Below, one piece after another: positions 12,251 to 25,606 of a stretch of DNA of 64,000 nt. Position numbers and translations under genes: made by a program. The notes below the pieces were generated by a model that was not told the DNA's origin, did no database searches, and worked only from the letters and a program-made list of their open reading frames with translations. The stretch is from Sphyrna mokarran. Taxonomy: Eukaryota. The stretch is taken from the NCBI GenBank assembly GCA_024679065.1, contig JAGIQG010000023.1:43710001-43774000 (forward strand). Direction: 5' to 3'. Positions within the stretch are counted from its first letter, which is position 1; the number at the start of each line of letters is the position of its first letter.

Positions 12251-13410
12251 AGAAAAAAGACCCAAAAGGTGGAGTTGATTGCAGGGGGCTAGGTGTGGGA
12301 TGGTGTTTGATCAATTGAGCTGGGTAAAAGTTTGGAGACAGCCACGTCGGGTGCCAAGGTGGTCTGTAGAGATCCTTCAGCCCTTGCTCCTTGCACACAT
12401 TCTCTATGCCACCTCATTCCTCCTGTACCTAACAGTGCAGAAGGCATGTTTTCATTTATTCCATGGAGGGTTTTTCCACAACAGATTGCTAGCCTGCTGC
12501 AAGAGGCTTAAGAGGATGCTGCTTGTATCAAGCATGGCTGACCAGGAGTGTCTCATGCTCTTAATCCTTGCCATTGGCATGTGTTAGGAGGATTTTGTAG
12601 GATGGTGTTATGAATGCCATCAAGTTCTGAGGTGATACTTGAACCTGGAGCTTCTGGCTCAGAGATGGGGACTCTACATACTATGCCACAAAACCAACTT
12701 ATACCTGACCCCTCAGATATTTTTGGAAAAGTGGCTTCCTCAAGCTGAGTGGAATCATGGGTGCACAGTCATAGGATAAGTATTCTATCATTTAGAACTA
12801 GGGTGAGGAAAAATTGCAGAAAGTTGTGGATGTTTGCCATTCTCTACCCCAGGAGGTTGTGAATGCTCCATCATTGTGGGATTCAAGGTAACTGGGGAGC
12901 CAGCAGGAAATTGGACTTGAATAGAATGATCAACCATGATCGTATTAAATAGCAAAGCAGGCTCAAGGGATATGTTGTCTATTCCTGCTCCTGTTACTTG
13001 TGACCTTCAGTGTTAAGTCATGTCTATTAGCTTTAAGATTCTGCCTCACCACAGGAATGCATTGCTTTTTTAAAATTTATTCGTGGGATATATGTGTTAC
13101 TGGGTCACCAATATCTATCCCTAATTGCCTTTCAACTGAGTGGCTTCTTAGGCTACTCCAGGGCATGTTTAAGAGTCACCATATATAGGCCAGACAAAGC
13201 AAAGGCTTTCACTAAAGGATGTTTGTGAACCAGATGGGTTTTTATGAAAATTGACTGTTTTTGTGGTCATCCTTTAGCTTTTCCGGATTTTTATTGAATT
13301 CACATTTTGCATATCTGCTGTTGTGGAACTTGAACCCCACGTTCCCAGGGCATAACCCTGGGTCTCTGAATTATTAGCCCAACTGAAGGGCATTGTTGTT
13401 TTTTCCACAG

Positions 13411-13573
13411 GATCGGATGTGGACTGGATAAACTGAAATGGGGCATTGTTTCTTCAATAATTCATCAAGTCTTTAAGGACACCAATATTGGAATCACCGT
13501 GTACACTCTGGAATCACCTGCGAAGGGTAATTCCCATGTTGAGAGGCAGCTTTCTATCACAAGTTGCATGTGA
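13411..13573 (+). CDS. OARD1: OARD1 last coding exon
   Basis: Acceptor ttttttccacag. Translates [33 protein letters not shown] (D of GCGLD = human D125), then [20 protein letters not shown] and TGA at 13571-13573. Confidence 0.92.
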
Positions 13574-14674
13574 AGGAGGACTCAGTTGGATTATTGCCAT
13601 TGAAAACAACATTAGCTACTAAATACTTACTTCTGACATGTTAAAACTAAGGGTGAAATCTTGTGACAGTGACTCTCGCCTAACAGGAGAATAGGTGAAA
13701 AATCTGCATTGCCTCTGGGGAAAACTTGAAGCATGGAGTAGTTGGCAGTTGAGGGGGCATTGGCAGGCCTTCCCAGGAGAGAAGAATCCTGCCCACAGTT
13801 GTCAACTAATCAGGTTAACCAATTTTCTCAGCACCACCACTGGGAAGATGGTGGTTGTTACCTGATTCCAGAGCGACCCAGCCCAGAGAAGTGATAGCAG
13901 GAGGCATTTCACCAGTTGGGGGCCATGTGATGGAGAAGGGATTTGGCAGTAAGGGTGGGTTCTTGATCCACCACCACCCCCTTTCCCACTTTCTGATGCT
14001 GGGCTCCTTGATCTGAATTTGAACCTCACCTCAGGAGGCCATGAAACCAATAGAGGTTTTCATGCCATGTGCTCACCCTCCCTCTCCCTCCTTCTCCATG
14101 GCATCTGCACCCCCCTCTGCTCAATTGTTGGATGACAGTGGGTTGAGGCCTTGAAGTGGTCAGTCAGCTCCATTTAAGAGCTTCAATGGTGGCAGTGAGG
14201 AATGAGAAGATCACCCACAGTCCATTCCACCACAGACTTGATTTACCCAAATGTGGGGAGTGATGATTCTCTCTCTTTTTGCCCAACCTCTTCCCCAATC
14301 CCTCAACTATTGCTTGCCTCATCAAAATGCTTTCCCTGCCTCCAACTACGTTACTGGAGAGAGCAGAAGATAGGTTCCACCCTTGGTTTCAACTTCATCA
14401 TTATGGGGAAAAATCATCTCTTTAAGTCATGAGTGCTTTTTCTGTAACCTGTTTGAATTCTGTTATTGAGAATTTATTATTTCAGAGTTATGCATTCTGA
14501 ATTTGTCTCCATTTTTGATGCAATCTCCAATTTGTTCATTTGATATTCTTGTGTTTAAAGTATGTAATTAGCTTTTTTTTGTCTTTAATGTTTTCCAATT
14601 ATTAACTTTCCTTAACATTTGAGTTTGCTTGTTTGAGCCTGGAGCTTGGTGAAATGTTTTTTATGGTTTTCTTT

Positions 14675-14680
14675 ATTAAA
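14675..14680 (+). terminator. Candidate OARD1 polyadenylation signal (ATTAAA)
   Basis: ATTAAA follows a long T-rich stretch typical of a 3'UTR and precedes GT-rich sequence, about 1.1 kb after the stop. Confidence 0.4.
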
Positions 14681-17624
14681 AGTTAAACAATTGCTGCTGT
14701 TTAGATATTGACTTGTGTACAGTATGTAACTTGTTCCAGAAACCTACCTATCTTCAGGAAAAGGTTAGGAACTCCAGTTTTGATGGACCTTGGAGTTTCT
14801 GAGCATGTTTAATCAGCATTTTAAGTTATGACTGAGGACTGGCCCAGTGCACCTGCTGAAAACAGGCATGAAAACCCAGACTGTAACTGGCAACAGCATT
14901 GTAGATAAGATTCTCAGGCAAGGAATGAGAAGAGATTACAGTTAAGTTAAAAAGAAAACTTAGTTTGAAAGCAAGAAAAGATCAACAGTTGGCAGATTAA
15001 ATGGAGAGTTCAGGAGAAGCCCTGATGGGCAGAAGAACAAAGAACAAAACAGCACGGGAAACAGGCCCTTTGGCCCAACAAGCCCATGCTGCCACCCTGA
15101 TGTCCCCACCTCTACCCGCTAGTTGGTGACTCCATGCTGTGGCCCATTTCAGCATAGGTAACCATTTAGAGCAGTAGGATTTTGTTTGGCCATGCCAAAC
15201 AACTGAAATAGGGCTTGTTAGTGCTTGAGTACATTTTCTGGAATCCAGGGACATAGAGTCTTGGGAGACAGGTTTAGTATAATACATGGTGTGCTGTCAT
15301 TTGAGACTTCTGTGGTTAGAATTCCAAGGTCAACACTATAAATCCATTGAGAGAATGAGACTTTCAATGAGATGGGTTAACTTGCTAGCTGGAATTTTAC
15401 TGCCATGGAATCTGAGTGGGCAACGGGGCAGACTGTGGAAAGGTCCATTGAGCTCACAATTTTACAGTTTCAGGATGAGTGAGGCCAGAAAATCCCACCC
15501 ACTCTTTCTTGACATCTCAGTGGATTGTTGAGCAATCCACGGACTCCACCTTGGTTGCATCTGCCATTATTATGCTGAGGTCTGTTAAGCCATAGTTTGC
15601 TGGTTAATTCTCATGTAACTTGTATTAACCCTTGATGTTACAAAACATGTTATAAACATATTATAAATTGTTTTATAACCTTATGGCAGCAAGGCTGCCA
15701 CCCCAGGAAGGAATCATTTCTTAAGTTCTGTTTTTTCCGTTCTTTTAGACAGAATGCAGATTGTCTTCACGTGATGTTTAAATTATTTTCTTCTGTCAGC
15801 TCTAATTTTGTCAATTATCTTTTAAATTTGTCCTCTGGTAACTGAGCCTTCTGCCATTGAAAATGTGCTTTTTTATTTACTTTAACCTCTATAGTTTGAG
15901 CACTTCTATAAATCTCATCTTAACCTTCACAAAGAAAAACCTGAATTTCTCTTCCTTGTGACTGAAGTCTTTCACTCCCTGGTACATAGATAAAACATAT
16001 TGCCTATGTCCTGCCCAAGGCTGACAGGTTGGCTTAAAAATATTCCTTGCTTTTAGATTCTGTGTCTCTTTATTTAAAAGCCATCTTCCTTTTCAAAACC
16101 TCTCAAGTATTTTCAAAGACTTGTGAATGCACACACTTTGGCTTCTGATCTTGGCAGTTGGGCTCAACTGACTCTTGATTTTCTACAAGTTTATTGGTTA
16201 TGGTGAGCAGATGAACACACCAGCCAATTAATGTTGGTATGCAGCTCGTGAAGCTGGATGGTCAGTAGGAGGCCTTTCTTGAAAATAGCAACAGGTAATG
16301 CGGTGAGTAAGCGAGGAGAAAGCATCCTAACCTGGAGGCACCAGTTACAATATTCTCAAATTTAAAATGGCCTGTGCAACAGGGCCATTACATTTATGTT
16401 GGGGGAACTCCTCTACTGGGTGATCTGCTACTACTCCCAGGGAGTGGAGTTCTATATGCTTGGAATGTGAACCCCCTGGTTTACCATGGGGAGGCTGCCT
16501 TACTATAATTGAACTTCCCCCACTATCCACATGGCTCTGTATTCTGACTGGAAAGTTCCAACTGGTTGTCTTCAACATACCTTAAGTGCTTTTATCAAGC
16601 TTAATCAACTGCCTGTGGTAAGTGGGCAAGTAGCCCTATTGTATCCCAATTCCAGAAAAAGGCTGGGATGGAGCCTGGAAAACACTGGTTTTAGTGCAAT
16701 TTTTTCCTTGTCGCAGCAGGAGTGAATAATCCTCTTCCATGTCTTTGTTCCTGCACCCACTTTAAAATTATAACATTTATTTTGCATTGCCTCCAAGACA
16801 TGCACTTTCTATGAAAATGAATCACTTCAGATCTTAAAAGCTCATAATTTACCTGCCCACTTCACCATCTGCTTCTGTCCTCCTCCAGGTCTGATACTGT
16901 CCTCCTCAGTCTTTGCCACATTTGAGTTTCTGCAAACTTCAGAACTTATTCCCAAGTCTAAAAAGAACAGTGCTCCCTGGGGAGACCACTTTCCTTCAGT
17001 GTGGAAAAGCAGCTGTTCCCACTTTCTCTCGTCTTTCTGTCCCTGAGCCAATGTTACTTTAATCCCATGGGCTTCAATTTCTATTTAAAATATTGTTGAC
17101 ATTGACTTGAAGGAGATACCAGCTATTACTCAGTAAACTGATAATACTCGCAATGAACTCTCCATGACTGAGCCTTAGTCTGCATAACTGACACAGTTAA
17201 CCTTCCAGGCCAGGACTCTCAATTATATTATCAATGCATTCTACACACAGAATCTGTAAAACCTAACAGTGGCAGATTGAATTAAAACCCTACAGGAATT
17301 AAACAATAGGATTTTTGGGAAAGTCATTCACAGCCAACAGTGCCAAGGCAAAGTACTGCCAGAAATAGAAACTTAAACTGAATAACAAAAAGAAATGTTC
17401 AGGTCCAGCAGCAGCTGTGGAGAGAAAGAAACAAGAATTAATGTTCATGATCTTTTGCTAAACTAGCAAAATTTAGGGATGCAATGGCTTATAGGCAGAG
17501 CCAGCTGAAGCATAGGGTAGAGAATGTGAAGAGGAAAGTCTGTGACAGGCAGGAGTGGTTAAATGGCAGAAATGATTGTGACCAGCGAAAGGACAAGTAA
17601 CGAAACAAAAGAGAGGCTCAACGT

Positions 17625-17905
17625 GCACGGTAGCACAGTGGTTACCGCTACTGCCTCTCAGCACTAGGGACCAGGTTTGATTCTTGGCTCGGGTCACTGT
17701 GGAATTTGCATGTTCTCCCTGTACCTGTGTGGGTTTCCTCCAGATGCTCCAGTTTCCTGCCACAATCTGAAAGACATGCTAGTTAGATGCATCAGCTGTG
17801 CTAAATTCTCCTTCTTGTATCTGAACAGGTGCTGGAGTGTGGCAATTAGTGGATTTTCACTAACTTCATTGCAGTGTTAATGTAAGCCTACTTGTGGCAC
17901 AAATT
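17625..17905 (+). mobile_element. HE1-like SINE, type 2
   Basis: A box tagcacagtgg, B box, core and type 2 tail. Further + copies at about 8185-8405, 23697-23952 and 29110-29475. Confidence 0.85.
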
Positions 17906-18634
17906 TCTAAATGTAACAGTGGAACAGTTTATAGTTCTCCAAGCTTTGTCTAAAATATTTTCACTGATTTTTAAATCTGAAGTTAACACAAATTTTAATG
18001 TGTACAAACTTAAATTGTGATCTAGTCAGGCTCTGGTACTGCGTGTGAATAGCACTCAACTTTAGTCATTCCAATCCCAGTGTCGTATTGCATTGAATTT
18101 ATCTGGATATAAAAAATATAGTATAACTGAGTGCATCCACTCAGCAGCTGACTATATGCTGAAATGATGTCCTTAGAAGTTTATTCATGCCTCTGTCTGA
18201 ACTTTATCCTTTGTCAAGTACTTTATTTTTAACACCTTTTTCATTTTGCACTTGTGACCATTGCAGAGGTAGCTCTTCTGCAAATTTCAATAGTATTTAG
18301 AAAGTGGTATTTATAAAATGCACTCGAACATTGTGTACTATTCCTGAAGCTTTTCTAAAACTATGCAACTCTTGTCATATATTTTTGGCTGTGGGGGTAG
18401 CTGAGCTGCTGTGATCCTGAAATGACTTAGTTTGCTGAGCTGAAGCGGGTTTTAAAACTGGTATCCTGTTGCTGTCTTAGACACAGTGAAACTTGCTTCT
18501 GTCTGTCCCTGCTTTGCAACATTTAACTGGTTGCATCTGACATGGTGTGAAGGGAAAACATGTGTGTTGGAAGCTGAAAGTTTGTGATCATTGCAAACTT
18601 AATTCTTTTAATTAAGTAAATGACAGTATTATAC

Positions 18635-18830
18635 AAGATGTGGAGTTGCTGGTTTTGGACTGGGGTAAGCACAGTCAACACCAGGTTAGAGTCCAACAGG
18701 TTTATTTGGTAGCACAAACTTTGGAAATGCTGCCCCTTCATCAGGTGAATGGATGAAGGAGCAGTGCTCCAAAATCTTTTGTACCAAATAAATCTGTTGG
18801 ACTTTAACCTGGTGTTGAGACTACTTACGA
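18635..18830. mobile_element. Two inverted Penelope-like pseudo-LTR fragments forming a palindrome
   Basis: Arms 18675-18742 and 18752-18818 are imperfect reverse complements. Both contain degenerate hammerhead cores. Confidence 0.75.
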
Positions 18831-21294
18831 TATTATGTATGCTGCATTTCAGAATCATGATTTATTCTTGGGAGGTATGATTCTCCAGTGAGAATGCACT
18901 ATTAGAGATGTGATGTAATTTAAAGGAATTATAACTATAACCTTGGAAAGATTGAATCAGAGCAACTAACTGGAAAAGGCCAATCATGATGGGGGGGGGG
19001 GGAGTAAATGGACTTCTCAAATATTAAGAAATGCTTTCAAATTTAGATAACTGAATAGTGACCCGATTCTGGTATAACTAATCTTGATGCAGATTACTCT
19101 ATCATTCTTGGATGATAACTATCCATTGTGACTGAGAGGACATGTTGAGGGCATAACTTTATTGATGTAAGAAACTTTTAATAAGGTTTGAAACATTGAC
19201 CCGGCAAGGAGCAAAATGTACTTCACTTGCAAGTTCATTGTGTCCTGACACTGGATTATTTATCTGAGATCTCCAATTTGTAATGTATGGAGATGTGAAG
19301 CAAAGTCAATCTAGAGCACACACTAGAAGTAGTAATAACACACACTACAGTTTTCAAATAAATTGTGACCTCCAGTGCAAATAAATATATTGAGCAAATA
19401 CGCTGTTTGTTGCACATCTTTATTCACGTGACATTTCTGAAAAACTTCAATGTAAGGTCGTCATGAGTATTGTCAGTCTGCTCATTTATGAAGCAAATAA
19501 GTCCTGCACATTCCTGAATTTATTATTTATACAGGTAGAGTAACTCCTATCCAGAAACCACTCTAAGTACATAACAGACTCCAGAGCTTTCTGGTTTTAG
19601 GGAAAGATGAGAGCCCCTTAATCCAGTGACTGGGGCAGAAGGGAAATATGTCACAATTGCAAAGCACTTGAGGTTGGCGACTACGCTGCTGCTATTAAAT
19701 CACTTACCATGATGATGGAGGAACTCCAGACCCTTCTAATCTGGATCAGGTGGAAGTAACAATCGCTAAGCCACTAGCAATCTGGGGGAGGAGGAAGAAA
19801 TGTCCAATTTTCAGTTACTGCTGAGTTTTAGATAGTCAGATTTGAAGTATTTTACTGTGGTTTTTCTGGCTTAGTTCAATAATTGCACATGTCAGATGTT
19901 AGCTTGACATGAATCTATTTAATAGAATGTCTGATTTTCCAGAATTTATTGTTTAAGCTTTCACATGTCAGGAATGCCAAGCCCACTACAATGTAATTAC
20001 TTGGAATCCTACTTACAACCACTAACCCTTTATTATAGGAAGACTAGGTCTCGGAACTGTATATAATGTTTCATCCACATCTCAATTCTTGGCCACAGCT
20101 ACCAGTTGATCCAAATTTTTTTGTGATATCCCATGCATGTTCCATTATAAATAGGTACAGTCAATCTTGTGAAGAATGTTGTCTTTGTTCATTAAAACCT
20201 TATGGACCATTTTGAGTTCATTAAAGTTGTTGATCACAAATCTCTTTTATTCATTCTTGGGATGTTGACATCTATTGCCCATCTTTAATTGCCCTTGAAG
20301 ATGGTGAGCTGCCTTCTTGAACTGCTCCAGTCGATATGGTGTAGGTACAGTGAGGCAGGAAGTTTCAGGATTTAGACCGAGCAAAAATGGAGGAATGGTG
20401 ATACGTTTCCAAGTCAGGACGGTGAGCGGCTTGGAGAGAAGTTTGCAGATGGTGTTTCTGCTGCTCTTGTCCTTGGGTGGTAGTCAAGGGTTCGAGAGTT
20501 GCGGTCTGATGAACCCTGGTGAGTTTCTGTAGGACATCTTGTAAATGGTGTACGTGGCTGCCACTGCTCATCAGAGGCGGATAGTGAATGTGGAAGGGAT
20601 ACCAATCAAGCTTGCCATTCAGAATTTTTTTTGTTTCTGAGAGGCATGTAGGCTGTAAAATAGCCCACAAATTAGGATTAAATGCATGTTACCATTATTT
20701 GGCATCTTGCTGATAGTGTAAAGTCCCTTTTTTGGTTCCTATCTGGCTAACCCACTATTAGAATACAGTTAATTTGCTTGTGCAATGAATAGCTTTGATC
20801 ACTTCTTGGGACAATTTGTTCCAAACGTTTGTACACTCTGTTAAATTATACAGCACATGATCTGATTTTTTTTTTCTGAACATCATCACATAGTCCTGTG
20901 AACAACAATAAGATTATGATAAGTTTTTCAGAGCTACTGATATTCAAGGCCTTGAATACCTCAAACTCTTTCAGTTGTCTGTAACATAGCAATCAGCAGA
21001 CATAGTTTGTCCTTATATTTAATATACCATTACCATTTTACTGTGTCGATCTGTATTGTTTACTCCTACTCCTGCAGGTATTATGTGTTGGTGTCCATAG
21101 ACTTCCAGTGGATTGGTCCATGATTAAGCTTGCAGTAATGCAACAGTATGACTGATCAGGAAGCTCTCCCACTCCGACCACCTACCATCCAGCATATTGG
21201 AAAGATTTACTAGCTGATCATCAACCAGTTTGGTCACAATATAAAACCACATTCCTTAAAGCATGACTTGAACCCAGAGCTACTGTCTGAGATA

Positions 21295-22080
21295 GGTAAG
21301 AATTTAGAGATGTAGCAGTGAGGTAGAACTAGGTGTCATCAATCTACATATGTTTTCAAATAACATAATCAAGGCATTATGTGGATCAGAAATAGGAGCT
21401 GGTGAAATATAGATCTATTGGGGGACACCAATAGTAACTGAACAAGTAGGAAAAGAAACATTAGAAGTGCTTCTCTGGTTATGGTTGTAGAAGAACCGAA
21501 CTAGGTGAGTGCAGTCCTACCCAAGTGGATGATAGTGAGGAGGCATTGAAAGAGGATGGTATAGCTAAGTGTGTCAAAGATTGCACATAGAGAATAAGGA
21601 GGCAGACATTTTTTACGGTAACAGGATGTCAGTTGTGCCTTTGATAAAGAGTTGTTTTCCGAAATGTGGCAGGGTAGAAACCTGATTAGAGCAGAGTTCT
21701 AGGAAAGATGGACATGGATTTGGGATATAGGGTAGTGGGAGTTGGCAACAGCATGTTCGTGAACTTTGGAAAGGAAAGGAAGGTTGGATATTGGGACAGC
21801 AGTTTTAGAGGATAGAGGGGTCAATGGTTTTTTTTTTGAAGGAAGTGATTCGAAGGACAGAGTGACAGTAGATAAGTTGAGAGTACAGTTAACAATATTG
21901 GCAAACAATGGAAGCAAGAAGCAGAGTTGGATGGTCATCAATTTAGTGGAAGTAGGAATGGGCATAATGTGGATGCCATAAACAGAAACTCGGAAAGGGC
22001 ACGAGGAGAGAAATTGGAGCACGTGACAACTAGCCAAGGTGGGTTCTTAAAGAAGTTTGGCCAGTGGGATAAAGAAATGG
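21295..22080 (-). mobile_element. L2-clade LINE RT fragment
   Basis: PISNLPFLSKVHEHAVA, matching the L2 motif RPISNLPFLSK. Confidence 0.7.
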
Positions 22081-22399
22081 CACTGAGTGGATACATCAAA
22101 CATAGTGACAATGAAACCTATAAAATTGTTGCATTTATTGCAGGTGAGAGCAAAGAAGAGGGATTTTTGAAGATGGTTTGCACTTAAGAAAAGTACACAG
22201 TGGGAAGGGGAGGGGGTGGCAGGGTTACAATTTTGGAATAAGTTTGGACAGGTCAGCAGCCGTTGCCTCATTGTAATCTGATGATCTGTAACATACCATA
22301 ACTAGGTACTAATAAATCTTGATTTCATCTAAAAGTTAGCCAACAATGAGCAACAAAATCAAATTTCAAATCTCCAGGTCCATACTAATGAATAAGAAA

Positions 22400-22920
22400 A
22401 ACTACAAATGGATTGTTTTACCATAATCACTGTTGTGGTTTCCTTTATCTGAAAAAAGGATGCAATTGCTTTAGAAACAGTTCAGAGAAAGTTCACTTGA
22501 TGCATTGCTGGAATGAAAGATCATGCTTCTATTCATTAGCAGGGTGAGAGGTGATCTTACTGAAGCATAGAAAATCTTGAGGAGACTTGATAGGATGAAT
22601 ACTGGAAAGATGTTCCCTCTTGTGGGGATGACTAGAACAAGGGAACACTTTTTTTAAAAAATAAGATAAATGAGGAGAATTTTTTTTTTGCTGTTTTGCC
22701 TTCACAGTATTCTCTTCCACAGAAGGCAATGGAGGCTGGATCACTGAATTCCAGGTAGCTTTAGATGATACATTTTTGGTTGACAGTTGTTATGGGGAGA
22801 GTGCCAGTCAGGAAAGTAGAGTTAAGACAACACACAGATCAGCCGTGATCTTATCAAATGACCGAGCAGCTTCCAAGGGCCACAAGTCCTATGTACCTTG
22901 ATACATGTTTTGTTTCGATG
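22400..22920 (+). mobile_element. CR1 3' fragment (old)
   Basis: Decayed WFPYLKKD...VQRKFT...RGDLTEA segment. Confidence 0.7.
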
Positions 22921-24919
22921 TGATGAAGATATCGGTGCAGATGGTGCTAATTAAGGAAAATTAAATATTCCAACATAAGATTACCTCAATTAGACAAAAA
23001 TAATCATTATTAAGTATATTGGAGCTGGATTGATTTGAGAACATGCCCATGATGGGAGAAAGTCCATTAACAGCCATTCATTGTAGGGATTGATTATAGT
23101 TAATGGCATGACTGAAATTTTTCAATATTTCACATAATATTTCAGTGCTTTCTCAGCAAACACTCCTTTTCCTTGAACTCTAGTTTTCTGTAACTTGTGA
23201 CACATACAAGTAAGTTTAATTCCAAACTAGTGCATAAGAATATGAGCTTTGGATAATCTGGCCCAGTCCCAGCAGCCCCTTCCACCCTCAACTTTGCTAC
23301 GACATAAGTATGGATACCAATGGTTGCATCTCTGCTGCTTTTCCCAGCAGAAATCAGCTAAAGTCAATGAACCTCGAACCTCAAGCTCAGCTCCACATTG
23401 CTTGGTGCTTTAGTAAACTTCAGAAGGGCCAAATGCCTGTGTCACCCATAGCACCAACATACCGAGGGAGTGATTATTTCACTCATCGAGAGTTAGTTAT
23501 AGCTGTAAATGTAATTTTTCTTTATGAATTCCATTCTGATTATTAAAGACTGAATAGAAAGGGGATAAACTGTAAATCTTGGTACTGGAATGAAGACAAT
23601 AGCAGAGAAACTATTATTGATGAAAGTTTTGAAATTCATGAGTTTGTGTAGGTTTTAGGATAAAAGTGAATGTTACATTCTAACCTTTGTTTATATACAG
23701 TGGTTAGCACTGCTGCCTCACTGCACCAGGGACTCGGGTTGGATCCCTAGCTTGAGTCACTGTGTGGAGTCTACGTGTTCTCCCCATGTCTGCATGGGTT
23801 TCCTCCCACAGTCTGAAAGATGTGTCGGTTAATTGAATTGGCCATGCTAAATTCTCCCTCAGTGTGCCCTAACAGGTGCCGGATTGTGGATTTTCACTAA
23901 CTTCATTGCAGTGTCAGTGTAAGCCTATTTGTGACACTTTTAAATAAACTTGTTCTTAGTCTGTGTTGTATCACTCCCTAATGCCTATAGTGTATTATTA
24001 TTCCTGGAGAAATCATTTAAAGACACCATCATCTGGTATTAATGGAGAAAGATGGTTCCACCAGATGATGAAAAGAATTGAGAAGCACAAAGGTAGGCAG
24101 TCGAAATTTTATTGTAAAACACAAATGTCAATGATGACTATTGGATATTGAATATGATCCTATTTTGTTAATTGTGATATCTGCTACATAACAAGGTGTT
24201 TTATGATACAATTTATTGTAAACCTATGTGAACACATTTTACAGATTTGAGGCAGACCTATATTGAAATAACAGTGCATTATTAGGCTGTTCTGAAACTC
24301 CTTTGCTAAGGTACAGTGACTACTTGCTAAGAGTTGAAGTTGGAGACAGACAAGAAATTATAATTCAACAAACTTTAAGATGCACGGTAAGAGAAATTAA
24401 AGAAAATCCTTTCAGTTCAGTCCAAGTGAAATAGAATAAATGAGTTTAGCTTCTTCCCAGGTGTCCCATTGCATCGTGTAGCATTACTGAAGTGATTGGC
24501 ATACAGCACCCATACTCTATAATAAAGAAAAGTATACAGTTATTCTTTATATATCAGTGAGTGCAGAGCATTGTAAAGATGTTTCTGTTGCGAGTTGGTT
24601 TTTGGTAAATAAATGTTTTCCTCCGATAGTATTCAAGCGGTTGGAACCAGCAGCAAAAGGCTCAGATTAGTGAGCTGAGGACACATATTCAAAACCCAGC
24701 GTGATGCATTAACAGCAAATAAATCTGAAATAAAAAGATTTTCTCCGTAACAGTAATTGTAAAACCTTCAGAATGTTATACATTTCCATCTGGTTCGCTG
24801 CTCTTTTTTAGGAAAGGAAATCTGTCATTCTTAGGTTTACGCGTGACTCCAGACCCACTGTGATGTGATTGACACTTCACTGTCTCCAAAAGAGCCACTA
24901 AATTGTGTCACAGGCAATT

Positions 24920-25606
24920 ACAACCATGACACAGGACTCTGTGCTATAAGGGATGTTATGATGTAAAGATGCCGGCGTTGGATTGGGGTGGTAAGAACTC
25001 AGTAAGAATTTAGCAACACCAATTAATCGGTGTTGCTAAATTCTTATAAGGGATGTTCCCAGAGACATATCAAGATAATAGCTGTTACTGGAGGATCGCT
25101 AACTTCACGAAAGACGCCGCTCTTTCCACACAAACCTTGTTGATCTTCCGGTTAAAAGAATTGTCCTCCGAATGTTGCAGACTGGCACTTTCCAAAGCCC
25201 AGGGCTGTGTGCTGAGAGATGCACAAGCTTGGGGCGGCTGCTACAGAGGTCCAAAGGGGGGAAGGTTCCAAGCCCTTTCAGCCACTCTGAACTGAGGAAG
25301 GTGGAACTGAATAGAACTTACTCGGGCGGCCATATAACTTTCATTGAATGTATACATGAATATTGCATGCACAGAAGCACCTTGATGCAACCTGATCCCT
25401 GCTGGCAACTTAAATACCTCTGTACCATTTGTAATGACCATTTTGAAATGTCTGTAATGTTTCTTTAACTATACTAAAGCACTTCGCGAGTCCAACATAA
25501 TGTAGGTAGAGAACCTGAATATTATTGCACTGTGTATGACAGCCTTTTGTAAGTGTGTGTAATGTTCTTTCAGATGTTTTACAAATAAAATATAGTTTTG
25601 TAATAA
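24920..25606 (+). mobile_element. Tx1/L1-clade LINE 3' end
   Basis: DSVL.GMFP...CYWRIANFTKDA...LLIFRLKELSSECCRLALSKAQGCVLRDA remnant, then a 3'UTR ending aataaaat...aataaa. Interrupted by the mini-PLE. Confidence 0.6.
24958..25044 (-). mobile_element. Miniature Penelope-like insertion with inversion and target-site duplication
   Basis: Reverse complement of the roughly 209-278 terminus. Flanked by the direct repeat TATAAGGGATGTT at 24945-24957 and 25045-25057. Confidence 0.85.

Noticed and set aside
13559-13573. OARD1 tail ending TSCM as a CaaX prenylation motif
   Set aside because: The Cys is second from the end, not fourth.
24212-24727. Possible APOBEC2 terminal exon (acceptor near 24725, AATAAA near 24212)
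   Set aside because: The acceptor-like motif lies within what appears to be an old + strand SINE (about 24650-24900), and several other candidates are equally plausible.
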